The position numbers were made by a program, and so were the translations under genes. A stretch of DNA of 64,000 nt, from the NCBI GenBank assembly GCA_963842525.1, contig CAWJGT010000001.1, forward strand, positions 416,001-480,000. The letters are read 5' to 3'. Every line of letters starts with the position of its first letter. The stretch's first letter is position 1. The stretch is from an uncultured Holophagales bacterium (lineage in GTDB: Bacteria > Acidobacteriota > Thermoanaerobaculia > Multivoradales > UBA5704). A model generated the notes under the pieces. The model did not search any database. It was not told where the DNA came from and was given only the letters and a program-made list of their open reading frames with translations. Of this stretch, positions 9,340-22,588 are shown one piece after another.

Positions 9340-10581
9340 ATGACGGTCGGCGATTACGTTCGCGCTCTCCGTCTCGACTACGCCGCGCGCAATCCCTACG
9401 CGTTGCCTTCGCTCGCGCGCCTCGCGAAAACGGCCGATGTGATTCTCCTCGACCAGCGCGGCATCGGCATGTCTTCGCCGCGGCCGGTTTGTGCCGCGAA
9501 ACCTCTCGAGCCGCAGGCGCGCTTCGCTCCTTCCTCCGAGATGATGCCTCGCATCCTCGCCGAAACGCGTGCGTGCGTCGAGGAGTGGAAGGCGAAAGGC
9601 GTGGACGTTGCCGGTTTCACGGTCGCCGAAAGCGCTGCGGATGTCGACGACCTCCGCCGTGCTCTCGGAGCAGCGAGGATCAGCCTGATGGGCCACAGCT
9701 ACGGTACCCATCTCGCGCTTGCGGTGATCCGTGCGTACGGCGATACGGTGGAGCGCGCCGCTCTCCTCGGCACCGCGGGCCCGGCCGAGATGCGCAAGCT
9801 GCCTTTTGTGCTGGACACTCAACTGGCGAAGCTTTCCATGCTCGCACGCGAGGACCAGTCCATCGGTGCGGAAGTCCCCGACATGACCGCGCTGCTCCGC
9901 CGCGTCCTGGCGAAGCTGGAGCGGGAGCCGATGGCGGTGACGATTACCGATCGCTCGCGCCAGGAGAAGGTTCAGGTCCGCATTGGGCCACAGGCGCTGC
10001 AGCGCATCCTGGTGGCGGACATCGGCGATGGCAACGACTTTCCCGTCTTCCCGGCGCTGCTCTTGACCATCGAGCGCGGCGACCCGTCGATCCTCGCCTG
10101 GTTCGTGGACAAGCGATACAACCAGGTCTCTGGGCCGAACCTCATGGCGTATGGAATGCGCTGCTCGGCCGGCGCAACTGCGAGCCGTGATCGCGAAATC
10201 GACCGTCAGGCGCAGCTCTCGATTCTGGGCAACGCGCTGAATGGACCCTATCCTGCGGTTTGTGATGTGCTCCCCGGCATCGATCTGGGCGACGATGTCC
10301 GTAAGCCGTTCGTCTCGAACGTTCCCGTGCTGTTCATCTCCGGGACGCTGGACAGCAACACGCCGCCGTATCAGGCGGAGCAGGTGCGCTGGGGTATGCC
10401 GCGCTCTACGCACCTCATCGTGCCGAATGCGGGCCATGAGGACCTCGAGCCGAACGAAGAGGTGCAGGCGGCGATCGCCGATTACTTCGCAGGCAAGGAC
10501 ATCGCCTCGCGGCAGATCGCGCTGCCCGTGCCGGACTTCAGAAGCGTGGACGAGGCAAAGAGGGAGCGGCGTCTGGAGTAA
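9340..10581 (+). CDS. Alpha/beta hydrolase (TAP-like peptidase), N-terminus replaced by an AraC HTH remnant
   Basis: DQRGIG, GHSYG nucleophile, GTLDSNTP, NAGH; start RRFGMTVGDYVRALRLDYAAR is AraC-like. Confidence 0.8.
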   Translation: MTVGDYVRALRLDYAARNPYALPSLARLAKTADVILLDQRGIGMSSPRPVCAAKPLEPQARFAPSSEMMPRILAETRACVEEWKAKGVDVAGFTVAESAADVDDLRRALGAARISLMGHSYGTHLALAVIRAYGDTVERAALLGTAGPAEMRKLPFVLDTQLAKLSMLAREDQSIGAEVPDMTALLRRVLAKLEREPMAVTITDRSRQEKVQVRIGPQALQRILVADIGDGNDFPVFPALLLTIERGDPSILAWFVDKRYNQVSGPNLMAYGMRCSAGATASRDREIDRQAQLSILGNALNGPYPAVCDVLPGIDLGDDVRKPFVSNVPVLFISGTLDSNTPPYQAEQVRWGMPRSTHLIVPNAGHEDLEPNEEVQAAIADYFAGKDIASRQIALPVPDFRSVDEAKRERRLE

Positions 10582-10643
10582 AAGGAGGCTACGCAAACGA
10601 AAAGGGCGTTTCGGGCGTATAAGGGGCTCAGGGAGGATGGAAC

Positions 10644-11171
10644 ATGCGCAGGTATTTTCTTGTCGCCGCGATCGCCGCAATCCTTGGCGCCCTGGTGATG
10701 TCGCAGCCGCCGGTGGTCGCGGACGGCCCGGATCAAGTTGCCGTGACGAACTTCCCCGAGGTCCAGCGGGTCGTGGTGAAGGACCAGACGCGGTTCGAAA
10801 CCAGGAAGGCGGTCGCTGCTCCCATCGACTTGTCGGACGTAAGCCACCTGACGGAGGCGGGGACTCTCGAGGCCTCCGGCTTCACGCACGTCACATTGAG
10901 TCTGTCCGGCAGTCTACAGGGGAGCGCCCAGGCTGGAGCCGTGGGCGTTGTCCTGGTGCCCGATGTCTCGGAAGTCACCACGGCGCTCCGGAATGGCGTC
11001 TTGCAGCTCGGCCTGCGCGCGGAGGCGACTGTGAGCCCGGCGCAGGGAGGGTATTTCAGCTCGGAATCGGTGACGCTCCGGCTCGGCTTCCCGCGATACA
11101 GAGTGCTCCTGTACAACTCGACGTCGAAATCGGCGGATGCAACGGTGTATGCCTACCTGAGCACGTCGTAG
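10644..11171 (+). CDS. Secreted hypothetical protein
   Basis: GGAGG RBS, signal peptide, beta-rich 175 aa. Confidence 0.7.
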   Translation: MRRYFLVAAIAAILGALVMSQPPVVADGPDQVAVTNFPEVQRVVVKDQTRFETRKAVAAPIDLSDVSHLTEAGTLEASGFTHVTLSLSGSLQGSAQAGAVGVVLVPDVSEVTTALRNGVLQLGLRAEATVSPAQGGYFSSESVTLRLGFPRYRVLLYNSTSKSADATVYAYLSTS

Positions 11172-11209
11172 CCTGAGCCGCCTGGCCGAGCCTGTGTAGA
11201 CTCCCTTCC

Positions 11210-12406
11210 GTGCCTGCGATCGATCCGCGCCTGTCGAGACGCTTTGCCTGGGAACATCCGTTGAACCGCCTGACGCAGGCAGTAGCGGAGCGATCGGCCA
11301 GCGGCCTGCCGACGATCGACCTCACGGAGACGAACCCGACGCGGGTCGGGCTTGCCTATCCGGAAGACGAGCTGGCCGAGCTCCTGCGCCGTGGCGCGGC
11401 CTCGGCCCATGACCCGCACCCCCGGGGGATCCTGGAGGCACGCGAGGCTGTTGCCGCCGCCCTCTCCCGGCCGGACGATCCGGTGTCGCCGGACGACCTC
11501 GTCCTGACCGCCTCGACGAGCGAGTCCTACTCCTATTTGTTCAAGCTTTTCGGCGACCCGGGAGACGAGGTGCTGACTGCCGCGCCGTCGTATCCGCTGC
11601 TCGACAGCCTCGCCGCTTTGGACTCGCTCGTCCTGCGCCATTTCCACCGGCGGCCGGGTTGGCCCATCGATCCGGAGACGGTCGAGCTCGCCTTGACGCC
11701 GCGGACGCGGCTCCTTGCCGTGGTCCATCCGGGGAATCCGACCGGCGCTTTCCTTTCGGCTGCGGAGCAGGCAGCTCTTGCCACCCTTTGCGCCGCGCGC
11801 GGCCTGCCGCTGATCTCGGACGAGGTCTTCGCCGACTACGTCCTCGGGGCCGTGTCGGGCCGTGCCGGTCCGGCGGCTGCGGCGTCCGGCGAGGCCCTCT
11901 CGTTTTCGCTCGGCGGGCTTTCCAAGAGCGCCGGCCTGCCCTCGTGGAAGCTGGGCTGGATCCGCGCCGGCGGCCCTCCCGGCCTCCGCCGCCGGACCTT
12001 GGCCGCCCTGGAAATGGTGGCTGACAGCTATCTCTCGGTGGCGACTCCGGTCCAGCGGGCCCTCCCGGGGGTGTTGGGCCTCGCTCCGCGCATCCGTGCA
12101 GCGATCCTCGAACGGCTGCGGGGCAACCTCACCGTGCTCCGCGCGGAGCTGGCCGGCCATCCAGGTGTCGAGCTGCTCGAGCCCGAGGGAGGGTGGTCGG
12201 CCGCGGTCCGGTTCTCCCGCCCGGTCTCCGATGAAGATCTGGTCCTTGAGCTGTTGGAGCGCGCCGGAGTCCTCGTCCATCCCGGCTACTTCTTCGACTT
12301 CGCGACGGACGACTTCCTCGTTCTCTCTCTCCTTCCCGAGCCGGATCGTTTTGCCGAGGGAATCCGCCGCCTCGCTGGCTGTCTTTTGACGGAGCCCTGC
12401 GCATGA
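11210..12406 (+). CDS. PLP-dependent aminotransferase class I/II
   Basis: PSYPL, HPGNPTG, ISDEVF, GGLSKSAGLPSWKLGW. Confidence 0.9.
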   Translation: MPAIDPRLSRRFAWEHPLNRLTQAVAERSASGLPTIDLTETNPTRVGLAYPEDELAELLRRGAASAHDPHPRGILEAREAVAAALSRPDDPVSPDDLVLTASTSESYSYLFKLFGDPGDEVLTAAPSYPLLDSLAALDSLVLRHFHRRPGWPIDPETVELALTPRTRLLAVVHPGNPTGAFLSAAEQAALATLCAARGLPLISDEVFADYVLGAVSGRAGPAAAASGEALSFSLGGLSKSAGLPSWKLGWIRAGGPPGLRRRTLAALEMVADSYLSVATPVQRALPGVLGLAPRIRAAILERLRGNLTVLRAELAGHPGVELLEPEGGWSAAVRFSRPVSDEDLVLELLERAGVLVHPGYFFDFATDDFLVLSLLPEPDRFAEGIRRLAGCLLTEPCA

Positions 12407-13362
12407 CAAAGCTACGCTGTGCCATCCTGGACGACTACCAGCATGCCGCGCTGAGCCAGGCCGACTGGCCCTCGATCTCCGATGCGGTGGAGGTCCGGCC
12501 GTTCCATGAGCATTTCGCGAGCGAGGAGGACCTCGTCGCTGCGATCGGTGATTGCCAGATCGTCGTGATCATGCGCGAACGTACGCCGTTCCGCGCGTCG
12601 CTCTTCGCGCGTCTGCCCGAGCTGAGGCTGCTCGTCACCACGGGGATGCGGAACGCGTCGATCGACCTTGCCGCCGCGGCGGCGCACGGAGTGGTCGTCT
12701 GCGGCACGGCGAGCCGGTCCGAGCCTCCTGTGGAGCTCACCTGGGCTCTGATCCTGGGTCTCGCGCGGAGCCTCGTGCCGGAGAACGTCGCGTTCCGCGG
12801 CAAGGGTCCCTGGCAGAGCACGGTCGGGATGAACCTGCAGGGCAGCCGGCTCGGCCTCCTGGGGCTCGGGAAGATCGGCAGCCGGGTGGCACGCGTCGGG
12901 ATCGCCTTCGGCATGGAGGTGGCGGCCTGGAGCCAGAACCTGACCCGGGAGCGGACCGAGGCCGCCGGCGTGCATCTGGCGGCCTCGAAGGAGGAGCTGC
13001 TCGAGAGCAGCGATTTCGTCTCGATCCACCTCGTGCTCGGCGAACGGACGAGAGGCCTGATCGGCGCCGCGGAGCTCCGGCGCATGCGCCCGTCGGCCTA
13101 TCTGATCAACACCTCGCGCGCCCAGATCGTGGATCGGGACGCCCTCGTCGAAGCTCTACGGAATGAGTGGATCGCCGGTGCGGGTCTCGACGTCTTCGAG
13201 ATCGAGCCTCTGCCGGAGGACGACGTCCTCCGCTCCCTCCCCAACGTCCTCGCCACGCCGCACCTGGGGTATGTGACACAAGGGAACTACCGGACGTACT
13301 TTCGCGAAGCCGTGGAAGACATCCAGGCCTTCCTGGCCGGCTCGCCGATCCGGACGCTGTAG
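12403..13362 (+). CDS. D-isomer-specific 2-hydroxyacid dehydrogenase
   Basis: GLGKIG Rossmann motif, INTSRA, LDVFEIEPL, TPHLGY. Confidence 0.92.
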   Translation: MTKLRCAILDDYQHAALSQADWPSISDAVEVRPFHEHFASEEDLVAAIGDCQIVVIMRERTPFRASLFARLPELRLLVTTGMRNASIDLAAAAAHGVVVCGTASRSEPPVELTWALILGLARSLVPENVAFRGKGPWQSTVGMNLQGSRLGLLGLGKIGSRVARVGIAFGMEVAAWSQNLTRERTEAAGVHLAASKEELLESSDFVSIHLVLGERTRGLIGAAELRRMRPSAYLINTSRAQIVDRDALVEALRNEWIAGAGLDVFEIEPLPEDDVLRSLPNVLATPHLGYVTQGNYRTYFREAVEDIQAFLAGSPIRTL

Positions 13363-13494
13363 GCCCCCCTCCCCCGACCCCTCCCCCGCGCGGCCACCGC
13401 CCCCCACCCCGAGCGGGAGAGGGGCACCACCACCCGGTTTCCTTGTGCTTCCCCCTCTCCCGTTCTACGGGAGAGGGGGCCAGGGGGAGAGGGT
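13363..13494 (+). repeat. REP/BIME-like composite palindrome (family B) between convergent genes
   Basis: CCCCGACCCCTCCCCCGCGCGG...GAGCGGGAGAGGGG...CCCCCTCTCCCG...CGGGAGAGGGGG; similar to 22439-22588 (reverse) and 61795-61944. Confidence 0.8.
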
Positions 13495-13824
13495 CTACCC
13501 GACGTCTTCCAGCGGCTCGAGGTGACCGGTGCCCTGCAGGCTGGCGAGGTCGATCGTGCCGTGGAAACGGACCTTCGTGTAGTCCAGGGTCAGCTCTCCG
13601 ACGATTTTGACGCTCCCGGTCCCGTTCTCGAAGTCGGCGCCGCTCAGGTCGCTCCGCTCCTTGTCGAGCGGGATGCCGAGCTCGGTGCCGCCCCGGGTCT
13701 GGGTGAACTTGCAATGGACATAGCCACGGTCGATGGCGGCCTTGAACGCTGGGAGCGTCGGTTCCGGCCGCAGGCTCGCGATGATCTCCTGCTCCTGGGT
13801 CAGACGCTGGACGAGGTCATTCAT
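13495..13824 (-). CDS. Small conserved protein resembling the C-terminal domain of 'MbtH domain proteins'
   Basis: IDRGYVHCKFTQTRGGTELG...GELTLDY...G.GHL; AGGAG RBS. Confidence 0.6.
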   Translation of the reverse strand: MNDLVQRLTQEQEIIASLRPEPTLPAFKAAIDRGYVHCKFTQTRGGTELGIPLDKERSDLSGADFENGTGSVKIVGELTLDYTKVRFHGTIDLASLQGTGHLEPLEDVG

Positions 13825-13894
13825 ACGCGCTCCTCCTGAAGGAGAGTTGACGGCGCGTCAGCTTAGCAGAGGAGAGGGCAGGGGGCGAACCTTG

Positions 13895-13970
13895 CCTCGA
13901 ACGCTCCGCCTGCGTCCCCCCTCTCCCGGGGGAAGGGAGAGCGATGGGAGAGGGGGACAGGGGGTGAGGC
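13895..13970 (+). repeat. REP-like element (family A)
   Basis: CCTCGAACGCTCCGCCTGCGTCCCCC...GGGAGAGGGGGACAGGGGGTGAGG nearly identical to 48851-48925. Confidence 0.8.
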
Positions 13971-14492
13971 TCAGATCCGGACCAGCTCGGAGCCGCTGTG
14001 CAGCGAGACGCCGTTCGGGCGGCGGGCGTCGAGCGGCGGGCTCAGGGGACGGCGGAGCTGCTCTTCGCCGAAGAGGCGGCGCAAGAATTTCATCGCCTCC
14101 TCCTCGACCAGCTCGGGCCGCAGCTCGGAGACAGGCACCTTCCGGCTCAGCAGCCCAAAGCCCACCCCCTCGTGGGTGATGCGGACCACCTGGGCTGCAT
14201 CGTCGCTATAGAAGAGCAGCGAGCGCTCGAAGTCCTCCCAGCGGTCCAGCTTGATGCGCAGCCCCGCGGCCGTCAGCCGGTGGAAGATGGAGGCCGACTC
14301 CACCTTGCCGACCATCAGGTCCTTGATCTCCTCGAGCACCGGGACGATCGTGGACCGCACGGCGCGGCTGAACAACTCGCGGAAAGGCTCGTTCTGCCGC
14401 AGGAAACCCTCCGGACGCATCCTCTTCTCCTCCAGCATCTCCTCATGGCGCCTGAGCAGTTGCTGAAGGCGTTCGGCATTGGCTTTGTTCAT
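13971..14492 (-). CDS. Hypothetical protein (173 aa)
   Basis: MNKANAERLQQLL... with GGAG RBS; tail of the long antisense ORF. Confidence 0.6.
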   Translation of the reverse strand: MNKANAERLQQLLRRHEEMLEEKRMRPEGFLRQNEPFRELFSRAVRSTIVPVLEEIKDLMVGKVESASIFHRLTAAGLRIKLDRWEDFERSLLFYSDDAAQVVRITHEGVGFGLLSRKVPVSELRPELVEEEAMKFLRRLFGEEQLRRPLSPPLDARRPNGVSLHSGSELVRI

Positions 14493-14606
14493 CGAGTGGC
14501 TCCTCCCCCCGGGAGCAGGCTTGAGAGCCTGTCTGGGGGCTAGTGGTCTCGGACATTCGGCAATGCCAATCTCGTGCCACGAGGGATGGGGTAGACTCCC
14601 GGCCCG

Positions 14607-17855
<3,249 letters not shown>

Positions 17856-17925
17856 AGCAGGCGGGCCGCGCAATCCTTGCTGGTCCTGCCATCCGTCACT
17901 ACAATCGGCTCTGCCGAGATCAGAG

Positions 17926-18462
17926 ATGGATGCACTCAAGCTGAGGCAGATTTTCGAAAAGCTCGATCAGGCCCTCGAGCATCCGACCGAGCTGCTCATT
18001 CGAGGGGGGGCAGCCGCGCTCGCTCACGGGTTGGAGCAGCGAGTGACCATCGACATCGATGTCCTGCCGGCCTCCCGTTTCATCGAGGCGGATCTGCGTC
18101 GGGCCTGCGCCGCAGCAGGCCTCGGCTTCAACCCGTCGGATAAGGATTTCGCGGAGCAAGACTATCTCGAGGTCGTACCCGAGGAGACGCTGATCCTCCC
18201 GCGTCCGGACCCGGAGCGAGGCTATAACACGATCTTCCGCGGTCTGCGCCTCACCGTCAAGACGCCTCCTGCCGCCGACCTCGTGATTGGCAAGCTGAAG
18301 CGGCTCGATTCCGAGGATTTCGCAGACGTCGCGTTCCTGATCAAGAATTTCCGGTTGACCAGGGCCGACCTCGAGGAATCCTTCGACCGGTTGCCGGCAC
18401 GCTTCAAGGCCGATCCCGTGGTGCAGGACAACCTCCGCTTCGTCATGGAGGATCTCCGGTGA
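17926..18462 (+). CDS. DUF6036/AbiEii-like nucleotidyltransferase
   Basis: LLIRGGAA...RVTIDIDV, GKLKR...D..D. Confidence 0.75.
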   Translation: MDALKLRQIFEKLDQALEHPTELLIRGGAAALAHGLEQRVTIDIDVLPASRFIEADLRRACAAAGLGFNPSDKDFAEQDYLEVVPEETLILPRPDPERGYNTIFRGLRLTVKTPPAADLVIGKLKRLDSEDFADVAFLIKNFRLTRADLEESFDRLPARFKADPVVQDNLRFVMEDLR

Positions 18463-18898
18463 GCGAGGAAACGGATCGGCCTTCGCGCTGGCAGGCAGTT
18501 CTCGATCAGATGTTCGAGGAGCTCCGCTCCGGGGCGCCGCGGGCGGAGACGTATTGGGCGCAGCAGCTTGCGTTCGGGCCTGTGTTTTTCTATGCCGTCG
18601 TCCTCGCGGTCCGTAAGGTGCCATTCCGCCGGACGATCTGGCGCGCCTCCGGCTGGTGCTTCCTTTGGCGCTCTCGCTGCTCGGAGCGCTGCCCGACGGG
18701 AGCGACGGGGACCCTGCCAGTCTGCGCTTGCTGGCGCGCCGGCAGGCTCAGGCGCTGGAGCTCGGCCGCCGCCAACATCTCATCAGGCTCGCTGCGCGTC
18801 TCGGTCTGGAGATCTCGAGCCCGCCGTATGACCCAGTCCCCAGACGGTTGCAGCGGCCCTATGAGCTGATCGGCTGGCGGCCTCCTACCCGCACGTGA
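18459..18898 (+). CDS. Hypothetical partner of the nucleotidyltransferase; probable frameshift near 18650
   Basis: GTGA overlap with upstream stop; ORFs 18459..18869 and 18656..18898 join. Confidence 0.45.
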
Positions 18899-19317
18899 AC
18901 GGCTTCTGTGCCGTCGCCGATACCGCCGGATTCGAACAGGGCATGACCTCGGTCGCCGGGGAAGGGATGAGCTTGTTGCCGCCGGCCGAGTCTGCATCGT
19001 AGAGGACCTGCATCACCGGGGAGCCGGCTTTCCGGGCGAGGCCGATCATGACCCGTGAGTCGATGCCGCGGACTTCGAAGGCGACGCGGAAGGGCTTGCC
19101 GCCGCGTAGCGCCGCGTCGGTGCAAGCCACCGCAGCAGACCGGTCCTGACCGCGCCGGACCATGCCGCAATCGAGGGACTCGGGACCTGCAATCTGGGCC
19201 AGCTCCCGGCGCATCGGCCCATTCGAGCGGACGGAGAGCGTCCAGGTGGCGAAGAGCACGCCGGCCGCAACGGCCAAGCCGGTGAGCAGGGTCGACAGAT
19301 GGCGCGAAGCAGGCATG
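18885..19317 (-). CDS. Hypothetical exported protein with four Cys
   Basis: MPASRHLSTLLTGLAVAAGVLFATW hydrophobic N-terminus. Confidence 0.55.
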
Positions 19318-19403
19318 GCGGGGTCTCTCCGCAGAGGAAACGCAGGAGACCCCGAAACCTTACCTCGCGCCATCCGGTGATCAACAGGGCGGTTTGCTCC
19401 ACC

Positions 19404-21428
19404 CTAGATCACCCGCGCCACCGCGGGAAGCCGCCTGAGGGCGGCGGTCGCAGCCCAGCTCAGGACCACTGCACCCAGGAACACGAGGGCCCCTTTCGTC
19501 AAGCCGGACAGCGGCGCCTTCAGAAGGAGATACTGCAGCCAGCTCACGAAAGCGTAGTGCAGGAGGTAGATCCCGAAGGCGTTCCTGCGGAGGCTTTCGA
19601 AGACCCGGCCGTTTCCCTTCCCGAACCGTACGAAGAGTGCGAGGAAAGCAAATCCGGACGCGGCGCAGGACAGCGCGAAGGAGAGCCCTCCGGCGATCTC
19701 CCAACCCCTTGACCCCACGTGAGACGTCGCGGTCACGACCATGGCGATGACCAGGACGAACGCGACCAGAGCGGCGGACAGCCACAGAAACCAGCGCCGC
19801 GCCAGTCTGCCGTCCGGCGCCAGCAGGCCCTTCTGAAGGCCGTAGGCGCCGACTCCGATGCCGGCCAGGAAATAGACCGCGTAGTGGAAGAAGCGGCTCG
19901 TCTGGAAAAAGAACGGTCCGACCGCGGTCCAAGCGATCGGATTGAAGGCGATCGCCATGGGGAGATAGGCGGCGGCCGAGACGGCGACCAGGAGCCCGAA
20001 GAAGAGGGCCGGACGGCGCCAAGCACCCGCCGCCAGCCGGCCGAGACGGTCGCCCCAGCGCGGCATCAGCAGGAACAGACCGGCGGCGACCGCGTCGAAC
20101 GCCAGCAGGACCCAGAGGAACCATGCGGGGCCGGCCGGCCAGTCGCCGAGGGACCGCCACTGCTGCCAGAAGGACGCGGAGCCGGGGCCGGCGCCCGTTT
20201 GCAGATACGCCGGAAAGTAGGCGAGCGGCGCGAGCACGGCCGCGGCCACGAGGAAGGGCAGGCCGAGACGGAGCGCACGGTCCTTCAGAAAGACCGCGCT
20301 CCCCTTGCGCTGCAGGCTGCTCCACACGAACAGCCCGGAGAGGAAGAACATCAGCGACATGAAGAAGACGTCGTTGAACCCCACGAGCAGGCTGAACCCC
20401 GACCACCGCTGGCTGTCGACGATCGGAAACGCCTGCCACCATCGCGGCTCTGCCACGAGAGAGGCCGGCGGCGGCGGGGCAAAGGGGTGATAGGCGAGCA
20501 CGGCATGGTGCGCCACCACCATCATGGTGATGACGGCCCGCAGATTGCCGACGGCCACGTTCGTGACCCTGGCAGTCCCGGGAGCCTCGACCACAGTCTC
20601 GCTCGCGGCCTCCACGGGCTCCGCGGGCTTTTCCGGGGCCAGCCGCCGGAGCGCGACGAAGCCGCACAGCACGGTCACGCCGGCAAGGACTGCCACATGG
20701 ATCAGCGCATTGCCCGGGCCACCCATGGCGGTGAACACGAGCTGTTGCAGGTGGTAGGCGGGCCAGGCGGGCGCCAAGGCCTGCAGGCCCTGCGGCAACG
20801 GGTAGAACAGACCCGAGAGATGCAGCATCGGAATGTAGATGAGGTTCACGAAAGCCGGCGCGCTCCGCAAGGAGGCCCAGGTCCCGATCAACAGCCCAAT
20901 CGCGCAGAACGGCACGGCTCCCAGGATGCCGATCAGCGCGACCCCCACGACCCGGCCGGCGGTCAGCGTCAGGTGGCCGAGCGTGAGCGCGGCGGGGATC
21001 AGGGTCGCCATGACGATCGCCGCGAACAGCATCGACATGAGCACCTTGGCGAGGAGATAGGCCGCGGCCGGCATCGGCAGCGCGCGCTTGAGCCGGAGGA
21101 GCCCCTGCTCGCGCTCGGTCGCCACGTAGATGCCGAACCCGAACATGCCCGGTCCGATGATGCCGAAGACGGCAAAACCGGTGAAGAAGAAGGCTGCGAC
21201 TGCCGGATCCTTGCGAGCGGCCTCGCCGGCGATGAGCACGGCGAACAGCAGGTAGAGGAGGACCGGCATGCCGAGGAAGGGGATCGCGAAGCCCGGCGCA
21301 CGGAGCATGCGCACGCATTCATACCGGGCCTCGGTGAGATAGGCGCGCAACAGCCGGCCGGCGGGGATGTCGGAGCTCAGCGCCTGCTCGGTGCCGAGGT
21401 TCAGAGAGGTCGAGGTCGCAGCGTTCAT
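19404..21428 (-). CDS. ABC-2 permease fused to acyltransferase-3 (OpgC/MdoC-like) domain
   Basis: N-half EREQGLLRLKRALP, LSGLFYP; C-half NLRA...HH, FFMSLMFFLSG, DRALRLGLP, WFLWVL, IYLLHY. Confidence 0.85.
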   Translation of the reverse strand: MNAATSTSLNLGTEQALSSDIPAGRLLRAYLTEARYECVRMLRAPGFAIPFLGMPVLLYLLFAVLIAGEAARKDPAVAAFFFTGFAVFGIIGPGMFGFGIYVATEREQGLLRLKRALPMPAAAYLLAKVLMSMLFAAIVMATLIPAALTLGHLTLTAGRVVGVALIGILGAVPFCAIGLLIGTWASLRSAPAFVNLIYIPMLHLSGLFYPLPQGLQALAPAWPAYHLQQLVFTAMGGPGNALIHVAVLAGVTVLCGFVALRRLAPEKPAEPVEAASETVVEAPGTARVTNVAVGNLRAVITMMVVAHHAVLAYHPFAPPPPASLVAEPRWWQAFPIVDSQRWSGFSLLVGFNDVFFMSLMFFLSGLFVWSSLQRKGSAVFLKDRALRLGLPFLVAAAVLAPLAYFPAYLQTGAGPGSASFWQQWRSLGDWPAGPAWFLWVLLAFDAVAAGLFLLMPRWGDRLGRLAAGAWRRPALFFGLLVAVSAAAYLPMAIAFNPIAWTAVGPFFFQTSRFFHYAVYFLAGIGVGAYGLQKGLLAPDGRLARRWFLWLSAALVAFVLVIAMVVTATSHVGSRGWEIAGGLSFALSCAASGFAFLALFVRFGKGNGRVFESLRRNAFGIYLLHYAFVSWLQYLLLKAPLSGLTKGALVFLGAVVLSWAATAALRRLPAVARVI

Positions 21429-22319
21429 GACGGGTTCTCCTGGGTCAGCTCAGCAAAGGCTTCGGCGAGACCGGCGCGGCGGACCTCCAGCCTCGTCAGG
21501 TCCGGATCGGAGGCCAGCAGCCGCTCCACGACGGCTTCGCAATGGCGGGTCGTGACGTGCAGGCCGTGCCGGTCGCGGCTCACCTCGTCCACGTCGGGCC
21601 AGGTCCGGACCTCTTCCACCGTCAGGGTCGTGCGGCACGTGATCTGCTGGCACGCCACGAGAGCGCGCACCTCGTCCACGGTGCCGGACGCGATCAGGCG
21701 CCCCTTGCCGAGGACCGCCACCCGGTCGGCCAGCGCCTCGGCCTCTTCGAGGTAGTGGGTGGTGAGGACGATCGAGGCTCCCTGGTCGACGAGATCGCGC
21801 AGCGTCGTCCCACAGCAGCTCCCGCGCCTGCAGATCGAGCCCGACCGTGGGCTCGTCGAGGAACAGGAGCTGCGGCCGGCCGACGACCGCCATCGCAAGC
21901 TGCACCTGGCGCTTCTGCCCTCCCGAGAGCTTGCCGTAAGGGCGACGGGCCAGCGCCGTGATGTGGGTCTTCGCCAGGACGGCGTCGACGTCCAGCGGCG
22001 CCGGGTAATAGCTCGCGACGAGGTCGACCTGCTCGCGGACGCGCAGCTCCGGCGCCAGATAGACCTCCTGCATCATCACACCGGTCCGGCGCCGGGCCGC
22101 GAGGGTCGTCGGCGACTGGCCGAAGAGGCGTGCGGTGCCGGCGTCCGGATGCTGCAATCCCAGGAGCAGCGAGATCGCGGTCGTCTTGCCGGCGCCGTTC
22201 GGACCGAGGACGGCCAGCAGCTCCCGGTGCCCCACCTCCAGGTCGAGCCCGTCCAGCGCGACCGTGCTGCCATATCGCTTGTGTACGCCTGACAGCTCTG
22301 CCAAGCATGGATCGTTCAT
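21425..22319 (-). CDS. ABC transporter ATP-binding protein; frameshift near 21805
   Basis: GPNGAGKTT, LSGGQK, LDEPT, LTTHYLEEAEALADR. Confidence 0.9.
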
Positions 22320-22438
22320 GATGGATCTCCTTTTGGCCGGCCGTTGCAAGCCGTCCTGATCCGAGCATGACACCGGCGCGGGTCCTGCCGGAAGCGAAAT
22401 TTGACGAGCTGGCCCGGCGGAGTGACGAACGGGCAGAA

Positions 22439-22588
22439 CCCTCTCCCCCTACCCCCTCTCCCGTGCGTCCCCCTATCCTCCACCCCGAACGGGAGAGGGG
22501 GAATGGCTTTTTCTTTTCAGGGTGGAGGCGCCCTCTCCCGCTCGGGGTGGGTGGCTGGTGGACGCGCGGGGGAGGGAAGGGGAGGGGG
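22439..22588 (-). repeat. REP/BIME-like composite palindrome (family B)
   Basis: Reverse complement of 61795-61944; abuts LytTR gene stop. Confidence 0.8.

Noticed and set aside
8116-10680. 854-aa minus-strand ORF
   Set aside because: Mostly antisense to the hydrolase; only the last ~165 aa belong to the frameshifted lipoprotein.
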